From Vicugna vicugna (Eukaryota), in contig MU058384.1 of the NCBI GenBank assembly GCA_013265495.1, positions 4,832,792 through 4,896,791 of the forward strand: a stretch of 64,000 nt of DNA, given 5' to 3'. The notes under the pieces are model-generated. The model saw only the letters and a list, made by a program, of their open reading frames with translations, was not told the origin of the DNA and ran no database searches. The position numbers and the translations under genes were made by a program. Below, one piece after another: positions 38,058-49,600 of the stretch (position 1 is the first letter of the stretch; every line of letters begins with the position of its first letter).

Positions 38058-39933
38058 TAGAAACTGCATCTTAATACAGAGGAATCTTTTGTCCTTAAGG
38101 AAAAGCGTAATTAAAGGATTTAGCATCAAATGCAACTCACATAATAATAGGTTCTAAAATCAAAGAATCAACCCCAAAGTGATAGGAATATTTTAAGTCA
38201 TAAAATTATGCTCCTGAAAACAAAATCTTAGCAATAAAGAAAACCTGAAAGAGCTTGTCTAGTCCAGCGGTTTGTAAAATCTCCTCTGTAGAGCCCTAGT
38301 CTTCGTGCTCTGGGGGATAGGGCTGGAGGGGCAAGGTGTTTTTGCCAGGCCACCAAACCTCACTTCACCTACAGAAATTTTACTTTTAAGCGTTTGTATG
38401 TGAGGCTTTCAAACAAAATTGTATTGAAAAACAGTTTCGCTGTTGACTCAGTTTAAAAAACAGGATTCAGGCTACTTCTGAAATCTTGGTGACTCTGGGC
38501 CTCCATTTCCTCATCTGTAAAATATGAGCATGGTGCTATGATAGTTCATGCTTTTATTCTGAGCACCTCCTGTCCATTTTCAAGTGAGAAACACACCCCA
38601 AGAGAAGTTGAGTGGCTTACTCAGTCCACATAAAGAGTTAATGACAGAACCAAGATTAAAATATAACCAACAGCTCTGGTTGTTGGATTGGTTCTCTCTT
38701 TTAAAAAAATTCCTACAAAATGGGTATGAAAAAAACTACAGATATTAATTCTTTGGAAAAGGTAGATATCAGGAGGTATATAAATAGCACGTAAAAGCAG
38801 AGCTATACCGTATCTGAAGTTTGCCTTATTTAAAGCTGGTGTGCTAGCTACAACAAACGTTGATCACATTTACCTAATTTTACATTCATTCTTCAAGTTT
38901 ATAGAAATATTTGGGTGAGTTGTTTGCATGGCCCATTTCTCTTTTACCAAGTTATTTATGAGTTGTTTCTTCTTGGTAAATCTCCATGTAATGAGTAGAG
39001 GCCCTGAAAATCACTCCATTAATCATTCCTCTCATATTTGTCTCACTGCATCTGAGTTTAAAAGCATCATTCCGAAGTTGTGAGGGTTTGGGAAGCAGGA
39101 GTCTCTACCTTCTGATCCTTTCATTCATCTCCTTTGCTTTGCTCATCTTCCTCTCTTCATCCCCTCCTCTCCAAATCAAGGGTATCCGTGAAGAGGAAAC
39201 GAAGTCACAAAACAGCTGTCCGAGAGGAGTGTGTGGACAGGAGGGAAAGAAGGGCAGCCATGCTCCTTGGCCTTGATGGTGGGGGGTGCTCATGGGCTGA
39301 TTGTCTCATAGCCTTGGGGGCTTTTTTGTTTAAAGATAAAGTGAAACCAAACAGCTCACAGAGACACCTCCTTCTTCCCCCTCCTTCTGCCTCCATGAGT
39401 AACTACCCATATGGCGTGCTGCTGCTGAGACCAAGGAATGAGTGAGTAAAGGTGTTTAGAAGTGAAGTATTGGTCCTGATTAAATAAGTGTCCTTTTACA
39501 AATAAGTGTTAAGACTTTGTCATGTGACTCCCAGATTAATTTGTGATCGACAGGATTCAAACACAGGGTAAGCCAACCTTGCATCATGAAAAAGGACTTG
39601 GATATGCCCATAACAGTAATGGAGTAACACAGTAGGAAAGATGTCAGGGACAGTGTTTACTCTACTTAAGCTCAATTTTCTGAGAGCATCACAGCACCCA
39701 TTTCACATGAAAAGACTATTGAAAGCAGGTTTGGTAAGACCTGCATGTGGCAGTATGTTATTACTCATTTGTCGGGGTCACAACAAACAAGGAGAAGTAG
39801 CACTGACTTAACAGAGATGTATAATTCAGTCTGATGTCACTTCTCTCAGCCTCTGGAGTAGGCTCAAATCTGATTAGAGCCATTATGTTGGGGTTTTTCT
39901 TCTTAATCCAGTTGTTTTAAAACATTCCACATA

Positions 39934-40286
39934 CAGTCGGCCTTCCTTATCTGTGGGTTCCACATCTGAAGAGTCAACCAACCATGGATCAAAATTATTC
40001 AGAAAAAAAAAAATTCCAGGAAGTTCTAAAAAGCAAGACTTGAATTTGCCATGCTGGCAACTATTTACATAGCATTTACATTGTATTTACAACTATTTTC
40101 ATAGCATTTACATCATATTAGGAATTATAAGTAATCTAGAGATGATTTAGAGTATACAGAAGGTTGTTAGGTTATATGCAAATACTACACTATTTTATAT
40201 AAGGTACTTTAGCATCTGCAGATTTTGGTATCTGTAAGGGCAGGAGTGTCCTGGAACCAATCCCCCTCAGATAAGAGGGACGACTG
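39934..40286. mobile_element. MER2-like TcMar-Tigger DNA transposon
   Basis: Terminal inverted repeats cagtcggccttccttatctg / cagataagagggacgactg with TA on both sides. Confidence 0.88.
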
Positions 40287-41847
40287 TATATACATATGGT
40301 AAGATGTTGGTCTTGCCTTGGGCAAAGAGAGAGAAGTAATGCTTATACCATGTTAAAAAAAAAAAAACTTACCTATAATTTGATTGCTCTGTTCGGAATT
40401 TATTTCATAAATCTGGGGGAAAACAGAAGAAATTTGGTTATAATTGATGCTTTCTGAGAGGTTTTGATGGTTTTCTTTGCTTCTTGTTCTATTGAGTTGA
40501 GGGCAGGTAGACTATTCTGCAAGATGAATTAGCCCTTGAATTTAAGTTTTCCACGTGTTTATACTTTTTTTCCCGAAACACATTTTAACTGAGTCAGATC
40601 ATCCTCACTGGTGGAGAAAAATCAAGAATTGTTCTTTCTTTGAATTGGGTCACTTACTACAACATCCACCTTTCACCACTATGTCTTCTTGTTATTTAAC
40701 TCTTGTTTTTATCATATGCATGATTTAAAGCTGCATAGCTAGCAATAATATCATATAACTGCAGTCCAGAAAATGACAAAACCCTCTTGAAATCTTTATA
40801 AGAAAAGTTATACTTGTTTGAAGATACTCAGTGCCAAATCTTGCTGAAATCTGATTATGAAGGAGGAAATCTAAAAAAGCAAAAACAAACTTCAGTAGAG
40901 ATAAGACTGGCAAAGCAGTAGTTACTCAAAGAATTCAAGACTGAAAGAGAAAATTGTCCTCCTCTTCTTTCATTTCATTTTGGGTATTTTTGTTTTCTGA
41001 AGTTTAAAAAATTTAATTAGGTGATTATGGTATATCTCTTTCATTTGTATGTAATTCAAAACTTTAACATATTAGCAGTTTTTATTTTCTATGTGAATTT
41101 TAAGTAGATCCTTTCCATAGCATGTAATTATCTCTAAAAAATTTGCAAGACTATTTTATAGCAAGATTGAGTTGATTTCTAAAACACTGTCGCATATCAG
41201 GCACTATTTTTCCACAGTATGCTTTCATTTGGAATTAATGTTCAAACTGTAGAGAAACCATCTAACACTCAGATATCATCAGGCACCACAGAAAGCACTT
41301 ATTTGATTTCCTGATGGAGATGCTGTTAATAAAGCAGATATACTGAACAAATTTTGTAGTAGATTTAAAGAGCTTTCAGATTCAAAATTTTACATACAGT
41401 TCAGTGAATATCTCCAAGTGCTGTTAATAAAGCAGATATACTGAACAGCTTTCAGATTCAAAATTTTACATACAGTTCAGTGAATATCTCCATGAAAACA
41501 GAGTATGCTGAAAAGATTATAAAGGAAATTTGCAATGCTGAAAGATAAATTTAGAATTTAAGTAATATGACATAGTATTACTAAACTAATTTAGGCCAAT
41601 TCACAACCAACTCTTCGCCACACACCTAAAAGCTGACTCTATTTGCGAAGAGTACATAACCGACCTGGAGCACTGTTTCCTTGCCTTCTCATAGGAGTGA
41701 ATGAATGCATTATGCTGATAGACTCGTATGTTCCGCACGGGCATGCTCTCTCCTCACTCAGCCAGTTGGTGGGTTTTCAGCATGTGAGTATTGCCTGTGT
41801 TGTCTTCTGAGGTTTGTGACTTACTCTCTGTTCTTCTTCTTTCACAG

Positions 41848-41897
41848 CAGTCAGTCAGGTCCCAGGATTTCAGACTGGGCTCAGAGTCCGTGACACA
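41848..41897 (+). CDS. AHI1: AHI1 coding exon (50 nt)
   Basis: Polypyrimidine tract, ttcacag|CAG...ACACA|gtaagc. Translates [16 protein letters not shown](H), similar to human [20 protein letters not shown]. Phases fit both neighbours. Confidence 0.92.
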
Positions 41898-41937
41898 GTA
41901 AGCAGCTTTCCCTCCTAAATAATTTCCGATGATAAAT

Positions 41938-41979
41938 AGTGGTGGTGGTGGTGGTTGTGGTGGTGGTGGTTGTTGTTGT
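41938..41979. repeat. (GGT)n/(GTT)n trinucleotide microsatellite
   Basis: ggtggtggtggtggttgtggtggtggtggttgttgttgtt, about 40 nt downstream of the AHI1 donor at 41897. Confidence 0.9.
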
Positions 41980-44832
41980 TCGTGATGTTGGTGTTTTAAG
42001 GACGGTTTCTCCATTTCCCTCTTCATAACACCACACTACAAGTTAAATTTTGGATAATTGATTTCTAAAAGAGTTTAGATCATTTAAGGAGAATATTTTA
42101 ACGATTAGACTTTGAGAATATGTATTGCAAAGTTATAAGAAATAGTACTAAATAAAATATCATGCTGAGGTATTGTTTTGTGGACCATTCTGTCATTTAT
42201 TTTGTTTGAATAACATTTTGAAATGACATTAACTGAAAACAGGTAGACGATGTGGCCAAAGAAATTATGAAATGCCTATTTTGAGGCATTAAAGAAAAAA
42301 GCTAATACCCAGAAAATTATCATTATATGTATTTTTACAAATGCTTAATGTATTTGAGCAATTTTGGGGGTGTTAATTTTAAAATATCTCTAGAAAGTTT
42401 TTGTATTTTTATTTGGTACTTGCTTAATACATAAATAGAAAAATCCCTCTTTCACCTCAGGAAAAAAAAATCAAAAACCTTCCCAAAATACTTCCCAATT
42501 TTTATCTTTGCAAATCATTTTATACCTAATTTTAAACCCAAACTTCATATTCACACATGACTAGCCAACTATCACATGCGTGTAACAACCTTCTTAGGTA
42601 TCTGTCGTGCCCTCCCGTCCACCTCCACTGTCCCTGTGTCTAGGTACGTGCTTACACGTGCACACAGCTAATCCCTACTGACTGTCCTTCAGGAAAATAT
42701 TTGTTCAAGTTGACCCTACTCTAGACTTTGACATTTTGAAGAATGTTTCTTCCAGTTCAGAAATTCCGATTAAAATGACAGTCTAATTTACAGGAATTAT
42801 CAAATAAAACCATACATTATTTCGCAAGATAATCTTTCATTCTACAGATGAAAGACAAACAGAATTTTTAAATTGTATTTAAGAGTCACAGAATCATGGC
42901 CTTGAAGATACCTTAGAAATTCTATATGCTCTCTGTTCTGCAGTCAGGAAAACTAAGGGGAAAAGCCTTGTGCATATTTCACAGGGCACGTTTATGTTAG
43001 CACTTGAACTAAAGCAAGACCTAAATCTTCAGATCCCCAGACGTCTGGGGGGTGTGTTTGTTTTTTGTACTATATTCAGTGTTATTAGTCTCCTTGGTAA
43101 GATCCCATTTTGTTGTAGATTTAAAAATCTTTCTTTTTGAGAGAGAAAATCTACTGAAGATTATATAATTATGTATAGCCCTGTGTCACTTCAGAGTGCA
43201 GTCATTCACATTATGTCACCATTTCCCTGCAGACCAGCATTCTAACCCCTCTTTTACATGTGGAGAAACAAGATCTGAGAAATAGTGAGAGGCAGACCCA
43301 GTACTAGAACACAGATCCCCAGTTTCCTAATCTGCTCTTCCCATGCCTTCTCTCTGCTGTCATATGATGCAAACACACATCTCAGGTCTTGCAGGTTTTT
43401 GTTTTTGCTTTTGTTTTATCTGCCAGGTATGTTTTCAGTCCCAGTCTCCAAACAATTAAAATTTGACGTAATAGTTGATAATATAATAACCAACTCTGAG
43501 GAGTGTATGTATACTCAAAGACAGATTACACATATAAAAAAATACACAGGATCAGTGAGGACCAACTCTGTGTCAACAACCAAATTCTATATGACCATGT
43601 TTCAACAACCATATTTTATACAAATGGGAGCAGCTCTCTCTTTGAACACGTTTTATAAGATTTTTTACAACTTCTACGTAATATGTGAGTGAAAGACTCT
43701 GTAGTCAGTCTGACTGCATTGGATGCCTATTTTCAGATGACACAGAGATCCATGCAACACTCTCCAGGTTAAAATTCAAAAAAGCCTCACAAAACATCCC
43801 AGCTTCTGAAGCCTGTCAGGTTAGCTTCGCTTCTTTTTTTGAACACAGAGCACTTAAGAAGCTTCTGAGAGGAAATTTTCATGAGAAGTTCAGATATGTC
43901 TAAATGCTTGAGTTCACCTAAAACCTTTGGGTTTTCCCTACACTCATAATTTCTTAGAAGTAAGGATGAATTAAGATATATTTCTCATGACTTAAAAACT
44001 GTAGGCGAGTTGAAGGTGGAAATACTACAGCCCAGTATGTACAAAAAAATCATTTCTCTATTTCTCTCATTTGCTTAAATGAGCCCATTGTACCCAAGTA
44101 AATCAACAGAGGCAATTTTTTGTTTGTTACTTTGCAGCCCTGTCATTCAGTTTCTAACATCTTCTTATTAGTTGGTTGACCAAAATATATAAATGAGCCA
44201 CATAGGACTGCCTCTCACCACTTTCCTCTTGAATTTTGTGCCTCGTTTACTCTTTTTATTTATTTTTTTAAGAAATGTCAATCACTTCTGTGCAAACATT
44301 TTAGTAAAGCTACATTCTTTTTTTAAGATACGAAGAAGAAACATTTTTAGGTTGATTTAAAGACATTTGCTTGAAAGTCTAAAACTTCTACTTTTTGTGT
44401 CTCATGCCCCTACGATGGTATTATCTGCTCCCAAGTCAGAGCTTGTAATGAAGCTTCTAAAATATGTTATAACCCTTAAATAGTATTACTGATCCTTAGT
44501 TACTAATATATTTTATCTTGAGTTTGTTGGTTTTTTTGAAAAAACAGAGTGCTTTATTTCATTAACTTCTTTAGTCAGGGAGAAGTTAATTCAGATGGTC
44601 AATTAGACTAAAGCCCTTTATTTATGAACACTCAAATGTAAACCAAATGAATGAATGAAATCTCTTCTTAATGTAGTGCAGCCATTAGAGTTAATTCCAA
44701 GTATCCAATCTCTCCTCCACTATGTATTTTTTCTATTTTTATAATCCTATTCCTGACTCCTTCAGTTTCTTCTCTTCATGAGAAGGAAGTAGTTCATCTT
44801 TTTTCCTTAAAATACCCTACTACTTGCAACTT

Positions 44833-45192
44833 CTTTTTCTGGATTTTAATTTCTTTTATTTTTATCTTTTTAAAATTTCTTTTATTTTTATCAGTCAGTT
44901 TACAATGTTGTGTCAATTTCTGATGTACAGCGCACAATGCTTCAGTCATACGTGAATATACATATATTCATTTTCATATTCTTTTCATCATAAGCTTCTA
45001 CAAGATATTGAATATAGTTCTCTGTGTTATACAGTATAAACTTGTTTATCTATTTTATGTATATCAGTCAGTACCTGCACATCTCGAACTCCCATTTTAC
45101 CCCTTCTTATATTCTTCCCCACTTGTAACCGTAAGTTTGTTTTCTATGTCTATGAGTCTGTTTCTGTTTTGTAAATAATTTTTTTTTAGATT
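44833..45192 (-). mobile_element. Artiodactyl-type L1 3' fragment
   Basis: T-rich tail, tttacaatgttgtgtcaatttctgatgtacagc...gtaagtttgttttctatgtc. TSD CTTGCAACTT at 44823-44832 and 45193-45202. Confidence 0.85.
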
Positions 45193-45573
45193 CTTGCAAC
45201 TTTTTTAAAAGTTCTTACTTTGATTATTCATTTGAAAAATGAAAGCCTTTTTTCTCATCCTTCCACCCCCTACCCTTTCTGAAATCAAAACCATCCATTT
45301 TCGGGTAGGTGACATCACGCTGTTCTTTATATATTCTAAATATGTTCTTTATCAGATACATGATTTGTGGTATTTTCTCCCAGTCTCTTATGCCTTTTCA
45401 TTCTTTAAACAGTAGCTTTAGAAAAGGAAACTTTTCTGATTTTGATGAAGTCTAGTTCCTCAATTTTTTCCTTTTTTAAATCATGCTTTAGTATAGTATC
45501 TAAGAAACCTTGCTCCAAAGTCACAAAGGTTTTCTCCTGTGTTTTCCTGTGAAAGTTTAATACAGTTGGTTTT

Positions 45574-45690
45574 ATTTTTTGTTGTTATTAGGTTTATTTA
45601 TTTATTTTGTAATGGAGATACAGGAGATTGAACCCAGGACCTCACGCTTGCGAAGCATGCATTCTACCACTAAGCTGTACACTCCCCCGC
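45574..45690 (-). mobile_element. tRNA-Ala-derived SINE (vic-1 type) inserted in an old L1
   Basis: gattgaacccaggacctca...ctaccactaagct (B and A boxes on the minus strand). 17-bp TSD TTAAT(A/T)CAGTTGGTTTT at 45557-45573 and 45691-45707. Confidence 0.85.
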
Positions 45691-46477
45691 TTAATTCAGT
45701 TGGTTTTAAATTTAAGTCTGTGATCTGTTTTGTGTTAATTTTTGTTTATGGTGTAAGGTTTAGATAAGAGAATTTTGTTTTGTTTGCATTTGGATATTCA
45801 TTTGTTCCAGCATTATTTGTTGAAAAAACAATCCTGCTTCAACTGATTGACCTTTGCACCTTCATTGAAAATCAGTTGTCAGTGTAAGTGTGGGTCTGTT
45901 TCTGGACTCTGTTCCAATCCTTTGATTTGCTTGTGTCTTTACACTGTCTTGATTACTGTAGTTTTATAGTGTGTCTTGAAATTAGGTATTATTGGTCCTC
46001 CAACTTTGTCCTTTTTTGAAGTTGGTTTAGCTATTCAAGGTCTTTTGTATGTCCACGTGAATTTTAGAATAAGCTTGCCAATTTCTACATTATAGCATTC
46101 TTGAATTCCAGTTGGTGTGCCTTGAATCCACAGATAAGTTTGGGGAGAATTGACATGTTAAGAATATTCAATCATCTGACGCATTAACAGGAAATATTTC
46201 TCCATTTATTTAGGCCTTCTGTAATTTCTCTCAGCACTGTTTGTTAGTTTTCAGTGTATAAGTCCTGCATATATTTGGCAGATTTATTCCTGCATATTTC
46301 ATAGGTAAATGATATCATTTTTCAATTTCAGTTTACAATTGTTTGTTGCTAATTTATGGAAATACTACTAATTGTTGTATGTTGATCTTGTATCATGCCA
46401 CGTTACTAAACTGTCTTGTTAGTTTTAATAGCTTTCTGGTAGACTTCACCAGATTTTTTCTACATAGACAGTCATTC

Positions 46478-46504
46478 ATATATGTATGTGTATGTGTATG
46501 TGTG

Positions 46505-46536
<32 letters not shown>

Positions 46537-46665
46537 TATGCCAGTTTAGTATCTCCCTTCCCAATCTAGATGCCTTTCCTCCCTCTCCCTCTCTCTCCTC
46601 CTTCTTTCCTTCCCTCTTTCTCTCCCTCCCTCCCTTTCTTTCTTCTTTTCTTCCTTCCTTCCTTG
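46478..46665. repeat. (TG/TA)n and CT-rich simple repeats
   Basis: tatgtatgtgtatgtg...tatatatata followed by ccctccctccctttctttc...ccttccttcc. Confidence 0.9.
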
Positions 46666-49600
46666 CTCTATGTGCTGGCTAGAACCTCCAGTACAATGTT
46701 GAGTAGGAATGATGAGAGTAGATACTTTTATCTTCTTTTATCCTTAAAGGAAGTAAGTGGGAAAGCATTCAGTCTTTCACTATTAAATAGATTATCATAG
46801 GTTTTTTCTTAATAAATGCCCTTTATTCATTCATTTTGTAGTCTGCTGATATAGTTTGTGTCAGGAATAGATGTTGGGTTTTTGTCACATCCTTTTCCAC
46901 ACTGTTAATTATATGATTTTTCTTTTGAATTTGTTAAAATGGTAAATTACATTGATTTTCAAATGTTAAACAACCTTTTCATTCTTAGACTAAACCTCAT
47001 TTAGTCATGGTGTGTTATCCTTTTTATAAATTGGTGGACTTACTAAAATTTTATTTCGAATTTTTTGCATTTTGTTCATGAGAAATATGGGTATATAGTT
47101 TTCTTTTCTTGCAATGTCTTAATCTGGTTTTGGTGTCAGAGTAAGCTGGCTTCATGAAATGAGTTAAGAAGAATTCACTCCTCTTCAGTTTTCTGGAACA
47201 GTCTGTGCAAATTTGGTATTATGTCTTCCTTTTGCAATTTCTATTTCTTTATTAATATGCTCTGATGAGATGTTCTCATAGTTTGCATTAGTTCTTTAAA
47301 TATAGTTTTCTTTAGTTCTCTAAACGTATTTACAATAGTGGATTTCAAGTCTTTGTCTAGGAAGTCCAGTGTCTTGGCTTCCTAAGGGACAGTTTCTGTT
47401 GATTGCATTTTTCTTGTATGTAGGCCATACTTTCTTGTTTCCTTGCATGTCTTGTAATCTTTTGTTGAAAACTGGGCATTTTCAGTGACCTAATATAACA
47501 ACTCTTGAAATTAGATTCTCCCCACCCCCAGTCCCCAGGGTTTGTTGTTCCTACTTATTGTAGTTGTTGTTCTTTATTAAGTCACTTCTCTGAACAGATT
47601 CTTTGATTCTATAATTGTAATGTTTGGCCACAGGAGTCTCTACTGAGTTAGATCAGTGATCAGCCAATAATTGGACACAGATTTCCTTAAACACCTGGAA
47701 CCAGTAGGTGCCCCTATCTTGCTAGGGGCTCTGTGTGTTCTGTGCACACCCTCCACACCCAGCCAGGCAGTTGACAGCTCTGTCTTAGCCCTCAATTCCT
47801 GTTGGCATAGAGTGTTAAGGTCAGCCAGCAGTGAGGGCATAAAGCCTTCTCTGGTCTTTTCTGTGCACACACAGCCCTACACATGGGAGAGCTTCCAGAC
47901 TCCCAGGACTGAGTCTGAGCTTTTCAAAACCCCTGTGGGCATCTCATTCCCCCAGCTTTTCCTTTACATCTTTTTAGTCAGTCTGTTGTTTGCCTACTGT
48001 TACTCACCACTCAGGCATCCCTGAAGTTATCTGTAATTGTTCCTGAGGAAGATAGGTCAAATGCAGACAGGCTTAAAAATGGTGTCTTCCAGGGAACCAC
48101 CAGACAGATCAGATAATGACAGTTCCTTGGGAATGAGACTTTGAAAGAGCTTCAGCCCTGTTCTGCTCCCCTCAGTGGCTGCCAAGTTGCTGGCTTTCAC
48201 CATAAATGCAGGCTCTTCTTTTTAAAGGTACCCACAGAGCCACAGTGGGAATGTAATAAGCTCAAGTATAAATACCACAAAGCTCACTGTTCTTACCAAG
48301 TGTCAAGCATTCTTCTTGAATAAACATTCTCCAGTTGGTACAAGCTATTGGCTAATTCCCAGAATCTGAAAAAGTTGATCCAAACTATTTTTGTTAGTTT
48401 TTTCATAGCTTATTTGGAGGAGAGAATTTTCAGAAGTGCTTACACTACCATTGCTGCTGATGTCTCTCTCTTTCTTCTTCAGATGTTGGGTGGATTTACC
48501 TGTAAAGCTATCTGAGCCTAGAGTATTCTGTTTTGGAAGATTTTTAACTACAAGTTCAATGTGTTTAATATAAGTAGAGCTATTAAGGTTATCCCTTTCT
48601 CTTGTATAGGGTATTGATAATTTGTGTCTCTCAAGGAACTTGTCCATTTCATCCAGGTGGTTGAGTTTATTGACATAAAGTTGTTCATAATATTTCCTCA
48701 TTATCTTTTCAATATTAATAGAATCTGTAATAATGTTGCCTCTCTAATTCCTGCTGTTAATAATTTATTTCTTTACTCTGTTTTCTCCAGACACCCTGGC
48801 AAATGGCTTATCAGTTTTACTGAAAGGAACCAACTTTGTTTCATTGATTTCTCTTTATTGTTTATCTGTTCTCTGTTTCATTGATTTCCACTGTGATCTT
48901 TATTTCCGCTTTTGGGGGGTTTAATTTCTGCTTCTTTTTCTAGATTTTTAAAATAGAAACTGTAGTCGTTGATTTAACTCTTTTCTTCTCTCTTAATATA
49001 AACATTAGTGCCATAAATTTCCCACTAAGTACTGCTTTAATGGTGTTACACAAATTTTGATGTGTTGTTTCATGCTCATTTCATTAAGTACACTTTCTTA
49101 TTTTCTTTGGATTTCTCCTTTGGCTTGTGGGTTACTTAGAAGTGGATTATTTTATTTCCAGTATTTAGGGATTTTTCTAGAGATTGTTATTTCTGGTTTA
49201 AATTTCACTGACATCAGAGACTTTCATTAAGTACACTTTCTTTATTTTCTTTGGATTTCTCCTTTGGCTTGTGGGTTACTTAGAAGTGGATTATTTTATT
49301 TCCAGTATTTAGGGATTTTTCTAGAGATTGTTATTTCTGGTTTAAATTTCACTGACATCAGAGAACATACTTTGTATGATCTGAGTCCTTTTAAATTTAT
49401 TGAGAATTGGTTTATGATCCTACTATGATCTCTGTCAGTAAAAGTTTTGAGTGCCCTTGGAAAGAATGTGTATTATGCACTTGTCTACTGTAATGTCCTT
49501 TTATAAATAAATTAGACCACATGAGTTAATAGTGTACTTAGTGCTTATGTTGCCTTAACTGTTTTCTGTCTACCTGTTCTATCAATTATTGAGAGTTGGG

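Noticed and set aside
41754..42026. Minus-strand ORF with poly-H/Q/P tract
   Set aside because: Translation of the (GGT/GTT)n microsatellite antisense to an AHI1 exon.
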